Part shown: positions 13,901 through 26,229 of the stretch, piece by piece
Position numbering within the stretch: the first letter of the stretch is position 1
Layout of the letters: each line of letters opens with the position of its first letter
DNA from: Styela clava
Lineage: Eukaryota
Assembly: GCF_964204865.1 (NCBI RefSeq)
Contig: NC_135263.1
Coordinates: forward strand, 496,001-560,000
Direction: 5' to 3'
Length of the DNA stretch: 64,000 bases
Made by a program: the position numbers and the translations under genes
Notes under the pieces: model-generated
The model's database searches: none
What the model saw: only the letters and a program-made list of their open reading frames with translations
Told to the model about the DNA's origin: nothing

Positions 13901-14584
13901 AAAGCTCTTACCGTATTAACGTCTCCCCAAGTAGGTTTCCCGTCGCAAACCATAGGTGTCCAGCATTTCTCACCTGTTAAGAAAAAAATAAAATTATAAA
14001 TCGTGCAAATTGTTAAATTTAAATAGCTTTTTAACAGATGAACATAAATTATGTCACTGAATTTTTTTCATAACATATTACAATATCAAAAATTTAGTTT
14101 CCACAATTAAAACATTCAAAATGTGGCGATCCTTTCGTTAGAGATTCCAAAACTAAAGCGCTGTGTCGCACATATATAATTCTATATTATAATGAGAGAA
14201 CGGCAAATTAGCACCATCCACGGTACGGCAGCGGCTACGCATTGAATATGAACAATCATCATTTATTTTTTGTACCAATGACGGTCTCCGTTTTCGGAGT
14301 GCAACGAAGAGCTAATCAGATTTATCCGAAGCTAATCCAACCCCTGACGAGAGATCGAGGTTTGACATATCATTACACCGTCATATTGGTCTTACTATGC
14401 CGGAATAAATGAATATTCTCCCTGATATAAATATGCAATCCGAGGAGCAAAAAACGAGTGTTTAATTTTGCGAAAAAACAACAATGTAAGCAAACCCAAC
14501 AGAGCATACATGGTTTTACTGACCTTTAATCAATAGAAATGCATCGATGAACATAAGAAGGATATATTGAATCGGAATCTTCAT
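10978..14584 (-). CDS. Secreted atypical C-type lectin-domain protein A (6 coding exons, 244 aa)
   Basis: Exons 14584-14524 (MKIPIQYILLMFIDAFLLIK, signal peptide), 13973-13912, 13612-13573, 13285-13127 (coiled coil plus ETTTP repeats), 12389-12181 (CGVIYNSKCF...AETLCENKLANI...VRTGM) and 11181-10978 (...EVW...GAICENEL*). All introns are GT-AG with consistent phases; 735 nt total. Confidence 0.85.
11308..11443. repeat. (TG)n/(TGCG)n/(TATG)n microsatellite abutting the assembly gap
   Basis: Visible directly; lies in the last intron of lectin A. Confidence 0.95.
11444..11575. other. Assembly gap (N run)
   Basis: Run of n characters. Confidence 1.
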
Positions 14585-14839
14585 TTCGAATCCAAGAATT
14601 TTGTCAGCTTTGCTTTATTGAAAGTCGATTCCCGAACAACGTAGGTTAGAATGAAGCTTCAGTCTATTCGCATCGAAATATATCCTATGCAAGCTCACTC
14701 ACTACTCTAGAGCGGAAAGGGAAGTTGTTTTCTCTTTTTTTAATTTTAGGACACGTGTTGCGTCACAAACAGGAGAGTTTGGAGAATGCTGCTCTTTTTA
14801 TCTTTATGAAACGATGTCGACGACGTCACCACCACGCCT

Positions 14840-17090
14840 GTGTAGAGAATTATTTGGTTGAATTTGTTGGCAAGGGTTGATTAGAATGAGCAAAATTTGA
14901 TACCAGGGTTATGCTAGTTTAAAACGGCAAAGGTTTCAAGCGTTCATTTCCTGAATTCGAACAGGTCGAAAAAGGTTAAAACACGTTTTACAGTTTAATA
15001 TATTATTTAAATCGAATTATCACAGTTAAATCAGAAATATCAAAAATTGTTATGCTTATGCAAGGTAGCAATACCCTGCTCATGTCCAATAGTTGATACG
15101 GTTTTCTGCATATCTATGTTGTTTGCAGTTTATATAACATGATGTTAAGCAAATTTAACACTGAATATATCAGTCAATGAAGCACTATCTAGATTTCTCT
15201 CAAAACTGAGACAATACACATGATACGCAACGACATTTAGAGACTTTGACATGAGTTTTAAAGTTAAAAAAAAAATATGGAAATCACTGTCTCTAGCATG
15301 CACAATTGATGTTAGCTTTTGCCGACGTTTCTAACAAAGTTTATTTGTCATTACAATAAAACATGCTCAACTGATAGAAAGCAAACAATACAATTCAGTC
15401 AATGTCTTAGATGTCAATGTCAGTGGTTTTTAACTTTTTCAGTGGAGCGGTAATATGTAGAGAGTAATATTTGGTTGGAATTGATGGCAGGGTTATGCTA
15501 GTTTAAAACGGCAAAGGTTTTAAACGTTCGTTTCCTGAAATCAAACAGGTCAAAACAGTTGAAAACAAGTTGAACAGGTTAAATTATTTTTTATTTTAAT
15601 TACTCACAGTTAAAGTAGAAATATCGGTGAATATTTTTTGTTTTTTGCAACGTGGCCCTTCCCTGCTCATTTTCAATCGATGAGACTGTTATTCGCAAAG
15701 TTACCGTATTTTGTTTGCCGTATTACATTATACAATGTCAAATGTAACACTGAATATATCAGCTAACGACCTGATTATTGTAATAACCAAAACACTCTCC
15801 GCATTTCACTGAAAACTGAACCAAAACTTGTGATAATGTAAAAAAATACCTTGATTCATGGTCATGTAACACTTTAAGACCTGGCTCTGGTGTCAGTTTT
15901 TAGTACTTTCTACAGTTTTCTTAAAACTGAGATAATAAACATACATGCCCATGAAATTAAGTGATTAGCGAAAAAGGAGCCCGCTGGATTTTATCAGTTC
16001 ATTCAAAATTATTTTTGTACTTTTTGGTTATAGAATATAAATTAATATAGAATCAAAATATAGAATATAATCAATTTCGATTTGATTTGTATATTTGATT
16101 TATTAGGGACGCCTGAACTAGTTGGCAGATATGAAGCAGCCAGGCAGGAATGATACCTGAAAGAAGCACTTTTCAGTCTTGGCTGAAATCCCCGAACCTC
16201 GAGTCCAAGTCGAGTCAATCACTGTGTTGAGACTCATCGGTGGTTAGAGTTATTACTTATCGATCTTTATCGTTAAGTATGTTGATTGGTATTTGTCTGT
16301 TTGTCAGCCTGTTTGTCTGTTAGATGCACGCGATTTATCACGAAAGCGCGGTTGAATCTGTTCCAAATTTTACATGTGCATTCATCATATCTCGTACCAG
16401 AAGCCTTTCGATTTTGCATGAATTATGTCGTATAACTAGCGAGTTTTCAATTAATTAGTGATGGGACACACTAAGCGCTGTTTTTTGGATCCCCTAACTT
16501 TCAATCGATAAGTCTTCGGTCTCCGACCGATATTTTTGTTTTATTCAGTTACTCGATCGAGTTGACATAAGATTTGGTGTTAAAATAAATTTCACGGGAT
16601 AGGGTTATTCACTACTTATGGAGGGGGTGTACGGAACTCACGGTTCCCAATGATATTTGTACGATTGATGTTAGCTTTAGCCGACGTTTCAAACAAATTT
16701 TATTTTCTATTATAATGAAGCATGTTCATCAGGTATGAAGCAAACAATACAATTCAGTCAATGTCTTTAATGTCAATAACAGTAATTTTAAGTCTTTCGG
16801 TGGAGCGGTAATATGTAGAGAGTAATATTTGGTTGAAATTGTTGGCAATGGTTAGAATGTGCAAAATATGATGCCGGGGTTATACTGGTTTAAAACGGCA
16901 AAAGTTTCAAATGGTCTCTTCCTGAAATCAAACAGGTCAAAAAAGTTGGAAACAAGTTGAACAGGTTATATTATTTACCTATCGATTACTCGCAATTAAA
17001 TCAAAAATATCAGTGAATGTTGTTGTGATATGCAACTTGGCCTTCTGCTGCTTATGTACAATCGCTGAGACCCCATGACTATTTTGTTTG
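14840..17090. repeat. Degenerate triplicated block upstream of lectin A
   Basis: tagaga..aatatttggttg...ggttatgctagtttaaaacggcaaa recurs at about 14843, 15458 and 16816, with shared flanks. Confidence 0.7.
16253..16540 (+). mobile_element. DINE-1/HINE-like non-autonomous Helentron-type element
   Basis: Subterminal inverted repeat ACTTATCGAT (16255-16264)/ATCGATAAGT (16504-16513), GTCT/GTTT microsatellite, 3' hairpin TCGGT-ctccg-ACCGA, T-rich end; second copy at 40785-41117. Confidence 0.65.
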
Positions 17091-19135
17091 CCGTTCATAC
17101 AGGGCGTCTCAAAAGTAAGTATACACTTTTAATTTTTATTTTATTTTCAAGTACCATAGAGCGTTCATTCTTTGAGAAGCATAGTATGCATAAGTAGTAA
17201 AATTTAGGTATTGTTTGCATTTTTCATCAACCCACAGAATGACAAGGAGATTAACCCCTAAAATATAGTGAAAATTGGTTACCGGTCTTTGTAGAGTATA
17301 AGATTAGTTAACCAGTTCGACGAGGATAGGATTTACCGAGCCCGAGACAAATTCCAATATTTGATACTTTGAACTCTTTATTCCTCTTTCACTATGCAAA
17401 TGGAACCCTTTCCGTTGTTTTTTCAATCTTTAAACCCCTTTATCTCCTATGGTCCGGATCCAATTTTGGACTCCTCATAGAAAATGTCATAACTTTATTT
17501 TCAAACATGCTACAATCTTCCCTCAACTACCGCCGAAAAGCTGATTTTCAGCGCCATATGCGTGCGTTCGCGCTGTTATTGCAGCTGTTATACGCGTCAC
17601 GCCAGTCAGCAAAACGAGACATTTTTGAAATTTTTTTGAAAAAATATTGCTCACGATTTGCTCTAGTAGGAAAAGTAAGATAGATAAAAGAAATAAGAAA
17701 ATATTTCTAAAATGAGCATGATTATATCTCTCATTTGAGAGATCACTGGAGTGAAGCTTGAAAGCGGAATGAATAACGTTTTATTACAGAGAATAATAGC
17801 GCAACCTACTTTCGCATATCGCGCGAATTGTCTGGCTTCTTTTTTTGTTTATTATATGCCAAAGAAATGTTTGCGCGTTGGTTTCGTATGCTTTTGCTAT
17901 CAACAACACTCCAATTCTTTATATGTATCAAAGATTTGACCCATTTATACCCATATAATTCACAATCTACCAAAATAGACAATATATGAAAATAACATGA
18001 TGCGTTTGCCAAGATTGCGAACACTTGTATCATGCGTGGATCATGCTTGGGTGATCAAAACGATTCTATTTTAATGCCGGAATACGTTGACCACATCATA
18101 ACCCCGAAAATAACTATTACTGTCATGTTATGGCCAAGTAAGAGGGGGTACGAATATATTTATCATCAGGAAAAGAACGGTAATAGGTGCTCAAAGTTCC
18201 CACTCTAGCTTTTGCGAGGTTTGAATACTGGTTCAGTACGATAGCAAAGATAACTCACAAATGATCGAGTCAATGTTTATTATCATGTTTGGTTATATAC
18301 AGAAATCACATGGTGACAGCTATGAATTTATTTACTGAGCAAAAAGGGTCGACCAGTTCAAATCATGGGTTATACGATTAATAATAGTAAAGGAAAAATA
18401 TAAGTAAGTCATAATAAGTAGAAGCAAGATTTCTCTGTTAAAACAAATGTGTGGCATTTTATTTGGTCTAATTATAATATCAGGCCGACATCAGGCGACC
18501 AATTCAATAAAATATACGGTTAATAATAGTAAAGTAATAATATATAATTAAGCAGTTGGGAAATCCGAGGGTTTTCGCAAATTCTTTTTAGCATGGTTCT
18601 CTGAAATGGCGGAACCCGTTTTTAGCGAGTTCGATTCAAAAGAGAACCTGTTTTTAAATTTTTAATTCGGCACTGAACGTAAGTAACAATAAGTAGAAGC
18701 AAGTTTCATTTATTAAGACAAACATACATGTGTGGCCTTTGTCTAATCACAGGCGATATCAGGATGGAATGACAAATGCACAAATTAAAATATTAGTAAT
18801 TTAACTTTCATAAACACGTAATTCAGTCTCCTCTTATAAATAAAATCAGGTTTCGATGCTTGAAAAACAGACTTTGTAAAATATGCGATATAATGAAATT
18901 GAAGAGTAATTCAAAATTGGATCATTTATGGGCCACTTATGAATTTTGCATAATCAGACATGGGCCTCTGATAACTATAACATTTAAGAACTGATATTTT
19001 ATAAAATCAACGGCCATAGAAAAGCAAACAAAAACTTTAGTAAAATCTATATAGATAACAACAAGTTATTCAACTGTTTTTGTCTTTTACTTTATTTAAC
19101 CCGTCAACGAAGTTCTGTCAGATTTTGATCTGGTT

Positions 19136-21444
19136 TTATATTTCACATATGACACCGTAGGTTGTGTAGGATGGTGGATCATTGAACATTCCCTGATATG
19201 CATCCCCTGGATCTTTATTGACAAGAACAACAACTTTTGTGCGCGATGCTTCGGATCTCGGATAAGTAGGATTCCACACTTCTGTTGCTATAGTGATTGG
19301 TCTTCCACTTGAAAGCAAAAGCTGATTGTTCTGTAACAATTGAACAAATAGTTATAAAATCTGTTGCTTGAAATATTAATGCGACTGACATATTGTGAAA
19401 AGATTTGATTGCAGTGATTCCATAATAAAAGTAGCCAGCATAGACGAAGTATGGTGAGTAATGTGTCACCCATGTGTTTTGAACTGCATGAAAATGGGCG
19501 AAAACCAGAAATCAATGAATTTCAAATTCAAAAATATTCGTAGGCTATGACGACACAATATATTGTAAATTGTATTTCTATATTTTAGGTTTTTCTAAGT
19601 ATCCAATCTTCTAATAAATCATAATGCATCGTTCGGCTGCCCATTATTTGGAAATTCTATCAAAAAAACGCTTTTGGCCAATTGTCGACCCGGTTAACTT
19701 AATAAAATCAGTCAACCTTTGCTGAGATTGTGATCCATCAACTGACCTTATACTCTATCCCAGTCCAGATCCAAATCCCTATCTCACCAGCAGGGATCAG
19801 TGTACGTAGATGAGGGATCAGCAGCTGGTAATGCTTGAGGTCGTAAATATTCGCGGGTTTTCCGTTGATTGATTTGCAGATTGATTTAGCTTTGTTGAAA
19901 TTGACGCTTCATGCACCATACACAACTGCTTGGTAGCATTTTTTCTTGTATGTGACGTCACACTTTTCTAAAAATATTATTGTGGCCATTGAATATTTTA
20001 TGTTAATAATGACAGCGCCTTCTGGAATAACGTCAAAAAATCTGGGAATAAAATTTGTAGGTTTGTTAGTTCAATGCGATTTCCTCCTGGATTCTATTGA
20101 TTCTAGGGAGAGAAAAGTCGATAAGACGAGCTAACAACGGCGGAAATATCCCGTTTCAGAGTGCAAGTTCAGATTATGGTGGTGAAAGGAGTCGTAACCG
20201 ACTAGTGGTGGAGTTAACCACGCAGCGACGACCAGGGGCGCAATAAATCTATTTTTAAACCTACGCGCCTGCTATTCCTAGCGATTTGACGGGTGTGGCA
20301 TATTTTATAGTTATATCATAAAACACAAATATAAATTACTTTCAGCCTTTATCTTCTCATCACGACTCTTCTTAATCAGTCTGACGATATCTGTAAGAAA
20401 ATTGATTTATTTGTGAGTAAGGAAAGACGTTTTGAATCAGTCTTGCCATGTTGTTTTTTCTCGTATGACATTAAATACCTTGACCTAACCATAATATGAC
20501 AACAGCATATAAAAGCGTTGATATTTTTTTTTCAGCAAAGTCCAGATCTATAATTTATCTATCCTGATATATAATATTAATCACAAAAATCGTTGTGAAT
20601 GAGTTTTGCCAAACTTTTTAGAAGATTGAAAATAACAGGCAATTGAAATGCAATGCCAGAAATTTTTTAGAAAGCGGCGTTTCACCAAATAAGAGTCTAA
20701 TTCGGAATTAAAAGTCTTAATTGAAAACTATTACTCTTTGACAGTTTATTTTGAACCCGTGCGTAAATATGAATCAAAGTCATATGTTTAGTGCAGGGTA
20801 ATTATTTGTGAACCCAAAACACATCATAAGGTAGGAAGAACTCACCGGATCCATCGTTTTTCTGTGAAATTAATAAAAAATGCGAATGATTGGTAAAGTA
20901 ATTATAACACGTAGGTTGTATTAGATTTTATTATTTGCGTGACATGCATGCAGAAGTCGGATTTAAAATTATTTACACGATTCAGAAAATAAAAGCTTCC
21001 AGTCAGTTGAAAAATTATTGTTCCTTGAACAGTGGTTCCCAAATCGTGGCTTAATTACTACCCGCGTAACAATTTAAAATGGCCCGCCGAACTTGAGTGA
21101 AATAGTTTAACAGTTTATGTTTTTTTCTTTTTGTGTTCTAGATACAGGTAATTGTTACATCACCATTACAGTTTAAGCACGTGCATATTCGTAACAATTC
21201 AGTTCGGTATCGTAACAGGTATCTACGGGCGCATCTCTATCCCGGACCAGGAATATCCTCCTGCTTCTAGTTTTTCCCGCTGTCAACCAACTTTACTGGA
21301 GAGATCATTGTCTGCCCGCCCTAAGCCTTGTTTGGAGTCAAAGTGTGAAAATGCCCGATTAAAAAAATAGCAATTGTGATTTTACCTCGCAATCCCCAAT
21401 TTGAACGAGTTTTCCATTCACGATCTTTGAAACGCAGGCTCCAG
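19136..21444 (-). pseudogene. CTLD lectin copy B: exons 2-6 only, with an in-frame TGA
   Basis: Exons 21444-21386, 20861-20846, 20390-20340, 19967-19747 and 19330-19136 with intact splice sites. TGA at 19911-19909 (YGA*SVNF versus YDVTNVNF in copy C). Homology to copy C stops at about 21520, so no signal exon is seen. Confidence 0.75.
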
Positions 21445-21902
21445 CTGTCAGAAAAAACGTAAAGTTAAATATAACGACATCTTGTGCCAATTGCGACAAC
21501 ACTGATAGAGAGTGATATTTTTTAAAATAACATGTAATACCTAATAGTCCTATCACAGGTTCGACGGATGCGTTGGATTGTGCTAAACTAAACATCAGAA
21601 CAGGATTCCAATTTTGGCCGGAATAGTACTACACGCCAAGAGCACTAGACAGCCCGAAAATTTAATAATCGTTACAGACGTATTCGGCAAACTTTATGTA
21701 GTACCGGACCAAAGATACATTTCCAGAAGCGTGTGCGCCACATTAATTTCTGTCTATTGACAATCGTTGCACTGAACTTCAAAATATGGTGAACCTGCAA
21801 TGAGGTGTGTTTGCGATCATAAAATAAATAAATGTGAAATATCGATTTGACCACGAATATCACAACACTTATAACAGTGTTTGTTAGCATATCGAAAGTA
21901 TA

Positions 21903-22012
21903 CAGGGTGTCCATAAAGTTCATTTCCATTTTTGTTATGAAGTTAGTTCTCAATATATCTTGACCCGGTTTGTTGGTTTTTTGAAAAATTTCAAAACTTT
22001 ACGGACACCCTA
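21903..22012. mobile_element. Small Tc1/mariner-type MITE
   Basis: TA|CAGGGTGTCCATAAAGT ... ACTTTACGGACACCCTA|TA. Confidence 0.65.
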
Positions 22013-23259
22013 TATATTCGAAGCTGTAGAAAAATGAAATCCGTTCTTATTGTTGGTTTTAGTTCAGAATGGTTCTGTTAAATGAGGGAACCCGTTGTTA
22101 GCGATTTCGATACAAAAGAGAACTCGTTTTGGAACTTTGAATTCTACCACTGAAAGTAAGTAATAATAAGCAAAAGCAAGTTTCATTTTTAGACAAGTCT
22201 TTAACCATGTTCAATTTTGATCACAGTCTAGATGGGCAAAATTTTTGGCCCCTAAAAAAACGAAAAAAGGCGAGTCAAATGCAAACCACGGCTTCTCGTC
22301 CGGTTACCAGTACCGTGTTGGGTCATATTAGACAGTAGGTTTGGGCAGAGAATCTCAATATATTGTTTCATGTGTAATCTGTGAACAAGGGTAGAAACAA
22401 CGCCTTTCCCAGCTCTCTGGTTTTCATCCGCTTCTCTGATAACTGACTCACTGGTTCAGAACAAGAACAAAGAAACCCACAAATGATCGAATCAATGTTT
22501 ATTATCATGTTTGGTTATATACAGAAATCACATGGAGACAGCTATGAATTTATTTACTGAGCAAAAAGGTTTCAATAGACAAGGCGACCAATTCAATGCA
22601 TGGGTTATACGGTTATTTATAAAATAATAGTAAAGGAACAATGTATAAGTAAGCAGTGGCAGGATTCAAGGGGCTCCCGCAAACCGTTTCTGTTTTTTTT
22701 TATGATTTAGTTCAGCATGTTTCTCCAAAATGAGAGAACCCGTTGTTGTTAAGTTCGATGCAAAAGAGAACCCGTTCTTAGATTTTTGAATTCTGCCACT
22801 GAAATTAAGTGATAATAAGTAAAAGCAAGTTTCATTTATTACGACGAGCATACTTGTGTGGCCTTTATCTAATTATAATCACAGACCGACTTCAGTGTGG
22901 AATAAAAATTCATAAGTAAAAATATCAGTAACTTAACTTTTATAAACACGTAATTTAGTCTCCTCTCATAAATAAAATCACGTTTTAAAGGTTTTAATGC
23001 TTGGAAAACAGTCTTTGTAAAAATATGCGATTTAGTAAAATTGAAGAGTAATTTAAGATCAGATCGTTCACGGGCAGCTTATAAATTTTGCATAATCAGA
23101 CATGGACCTATCATAATTTGAACATTTAGAACAACGGCCATAGAAAAGCAAACGAAAATTTTAATGAAAATCTATATAGATAACAACAGTCATTTAACTG
23201 TTTTTGTCTTTTCTATCATTGAATCCGTCAACAAAGTTCTGTCAGGTTTTGATCTGGTT

Positions 23260-26091
23260 TTATATTTCACAGATGACACCGTGGAATGAGGAGGATGGGT
23301 ATTTATTGATCATTCCCTGATATGCATTCTCTGGATCTTTATCGACATAAACACCAACATTTGTCCACGATGCTTCGGATCCCGGAGATTTAGGATACCA
23401 CACTTCTGTTGCTATAGTGATTGGTCTTCCATTGGACAACAAAAGCTGATTGTTCTGTCACAATTGAATAAACAGTTTTTAATATCTGTTGCTTGCAATG
23501 TTAATACAACTGACATATTAGATGAAGAATGAAAATATTTGCGTGTAGGAAAAGACTCCATAGTAAAGGTTGTCAGCATAGACGTATGGGGGGTAACGTT
23601 ACATAAAAATGGGTAAAAAGCAGAAATTAATGAATTAAAAATGCTAAAATATTTGAAAATTAAAAAAAACACGATCGGACGACTCGGATATGACGTCATA
23701 ATATCTTGGAAATCATGTTTAATATGTTTAATTTTTTTTAAACGCCCAAATTAACAATAAGGCATCGTTTACCTGCCCATCATTTGATACTTTTAATAAT
23801 AAACCGCTTTTGGAAAATTGTACCCAAGATGAAGTTTACAAGAAAGAGTCAAACTCTGCTGAGATTGTGATCCATCAACTGACCTTATACTCCATTCCAG
23901 TCCAGATGTCAATCAATCCCCAACCACCAGGAATCAGTGAACGTAGATAAGGGAGCATCAGCTGGTAATGCTTGAGGTCGTAAATATTCGCGGGTTTTCC
24001 GTTCATTGATTTGCAGATTGCTTTGGCATCGTTGAAGTTAACGTTGGTTACATCATACGCAACTGCTCGGTAGCATTTTTTCTTGTATGTGACGTCACAC
24101 TTATCTGAAAACATTATTGTTGACATTGAATATTTAATTTAATAAATGACACCTTCAGAAATGACGTCATAGAATCTGGGAATAAAAGTCGGTTTTTTAG
24201 TTCAATTCAACTTCCTCCTGAATCAATTCTAGGGAGAGAAAAGCCGATAAGACAAACTAAGAACGGCGGAACAGATTGTTCAGATGCATGGCGGTGGACG
24301 GAGTCGTAACCGACTAGTGGTGGGGTTAATCACGCAGCGACGACCCGGAGTCCAATGGACCTTTCCCCGAGCATCGACTTCCTTGTTTACTTCGTGACAT
24401 TGGCTAATCAGCAAGATGCAAAAAGTGACGTAACAATGCCCCCTTTTTGCATCCGCTCAGACACTTTTCTCACTCAGACAGATTTTCAAGCGTGATTGTA
24501 AACATTACCTCGTTTTCGCGTTTTTGAACTCTATTCGTTAGTTTTCAGTTGTGTTTTGGGAACTTGGATAAAAATCAGATAATTCAATGATCACTTAGTT
24601 TTTCTAGGAGTTTTAATTTAATTGCAGTAATAAAAGTTAGTGTAGAAATAGCTGTGATAGACTAGCCTGAAATTTTTTACCGGTACTTTTAAAAAACAGA
24701 TTGTTGTATGCGATGAAACATAAGGATGGTTTGAAACACATACCCCATTTTACAGGCGCCAACTCGCAAAAGCACTCTTAAAATAGCCCTGACAATTTTG
24801 CAATGGTGAAGTGTAGGGAGAATTTTCCGAGGGTCAAAGGTCGGGGAAAGGTCCATACTTGTAATATTAGGTAAGTTAAATCTATTTTTAAACCCACGCG
24901 ACATCCATTTCTAGCGCTTGGCGGTTGTGGCATCTTCTATAGTCAAATCGTAAAACACAAATATAAATTACTTTCAGCCTTTATCTTTTCATCACGACTC
25001 TTCTTAATCAGTCTGACGATATCTGTAAGAAAATTGATTTATTTGTGAGTAAGGAAAGGCGTTTTTAAATCAGTCTTGCCATGTTATTTTTTTTCGTATG
25101 ACATTAAATAACTTTAACTAACCATAATATGACAACATACGACATATAGAAGCGTTGTTGATATTTTTTTTTTAGCAAAGTCCAGATCTAGAATTTATCT
25201 ATCCTGATATATATTATTAGTCACAAAAATCGTTGTGAATGAGTTTTGCCAAACTTTTTTAGAAGATTGAAAATTACAGGCAATTGAAATGCAATGCCAG
25301 AAAAATGCATGTCATATGTTTAGTGCAAGGTAAATATTTTTTAACCCAAAATAATCATAGAGTAGGAAGAACTCACCGGATCCATCGTTTTTCTGTGAAA
25401 TAAATAAAAAATGCAAATGAATGGTAAAGTAATTATAACACGTAGGTTGTATCAGATATTATTAGTTGTGTGACATGCATGCAGAAGTCGGATTTAAAAT
25501 TGTTTACACGATTCAGAAAATAAAAGCTTCCAGTCAGTTAAAAAATTAGCGTTTCTTGAACAGTGGTTCCCAAATCGCGGCTGGCGGGCTAATTACTACC
25601 CGCGTAACAATTTAAAATGGCCCGCGTACTCGAGCGAAATAGTTTAACAGTTTATGTTTTTATTTTTGTGTTCTAGATGCCGCTAATTAGAGAGAGATCG
25701 TTGCCTGCTTGCCCAAAGTCTTGTTTGGAGTCAAAGTGTGAAAATGCCCGATTAAAATAATAGCAACTGTAATTTTACCTCGCAATCTCCAACTTGAACG
25801 AGTTTCCCATTCACGATCTTGGAAACGCAGGCTCCAGCTGTCAAAAATAAAACGTGAAGTTAAATATAACGACATCTTGCGCCAATTGCAACAATGATAG
25901 AGAATGATATTAATAAATGATTTAAGAATCTCCGGTATTGTGGCATTCTTGGCCTCAGAAGCCAGGCATGCAATTCAGTGTTACAAAATATAACAGTGAT
26001 TTTATCCAAAACAAATTTTACCGGGTAGTTTTTGCTTCGCATACAATCCATAGATGAGAGAGATGAACAAAATAATTTTGACGAAGTCCAT
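23260..26091 (-). CDS. Secreted atypical C-type lectin-domain protein C (6 coding exons, 203 aa)
   Basis: Exons 26091-26022 (MDFVKIILFISLIYGLYAKQKLP), 25837-25779, 25392-25377 (16-nt microexon), 25022-24972, 24104-23884 (KCDVTYKKKCY...AKAIC...IWTGM) and 23454-23260 (...EVW...GVICEI*). GT-AG introns, consistent phases, 612 nt, no internal stop. Confidence 0.88.
24357..24854. mobile_element. Non-autonomous DNA transposon with 14-bp perfect TIR, flanked by AT (ISL2EU/Harbinger-like)
   Basis: AT|GGACCTTTCCCCGA ... TCGGGGAAAGGTCC|AT; absent from the paralogous intron of copy B (about 20243). The superfamily call is tentative. Confidence 0.75.
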
Positions 26092-26229
26092 GTTTATTTC
26101 TAGAAAGGCTTGATGACACAACTAAAGGCTTAGTTATAAAGTGAATATCTGTAAAAATATTTTAAGGCTTTTATATGTTCGGTGCCGCCATAATTAGATG
26201 ACTAAATTGAGATTTGCTACTACTGCTAG

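Noticed and set aside
19909-19911. In-frame TGA as selenocysteine
   Set aside because: The aligned residues in paralogs are Thr and Lys, not Cys; I recognised no SECIS; and the copy also lacks its first exon.
21794-21890. MLTNTVISVVIFVVK... as a replacement signal exon for lectin B
   Set aside because: The nearest donor is phase 0, whereas exon 2 needs phase 1, and there is no homology to the signal exons of A or C.
19136-24104. Diversity-generating-retroelement-like mutagenesis of the CTLD
   Set aside because: The differences are not restricted to adenines, and no template repeat or DGR-type reverse transcriptase is present; the only RT is a dead LINE fragment 30 kb away.
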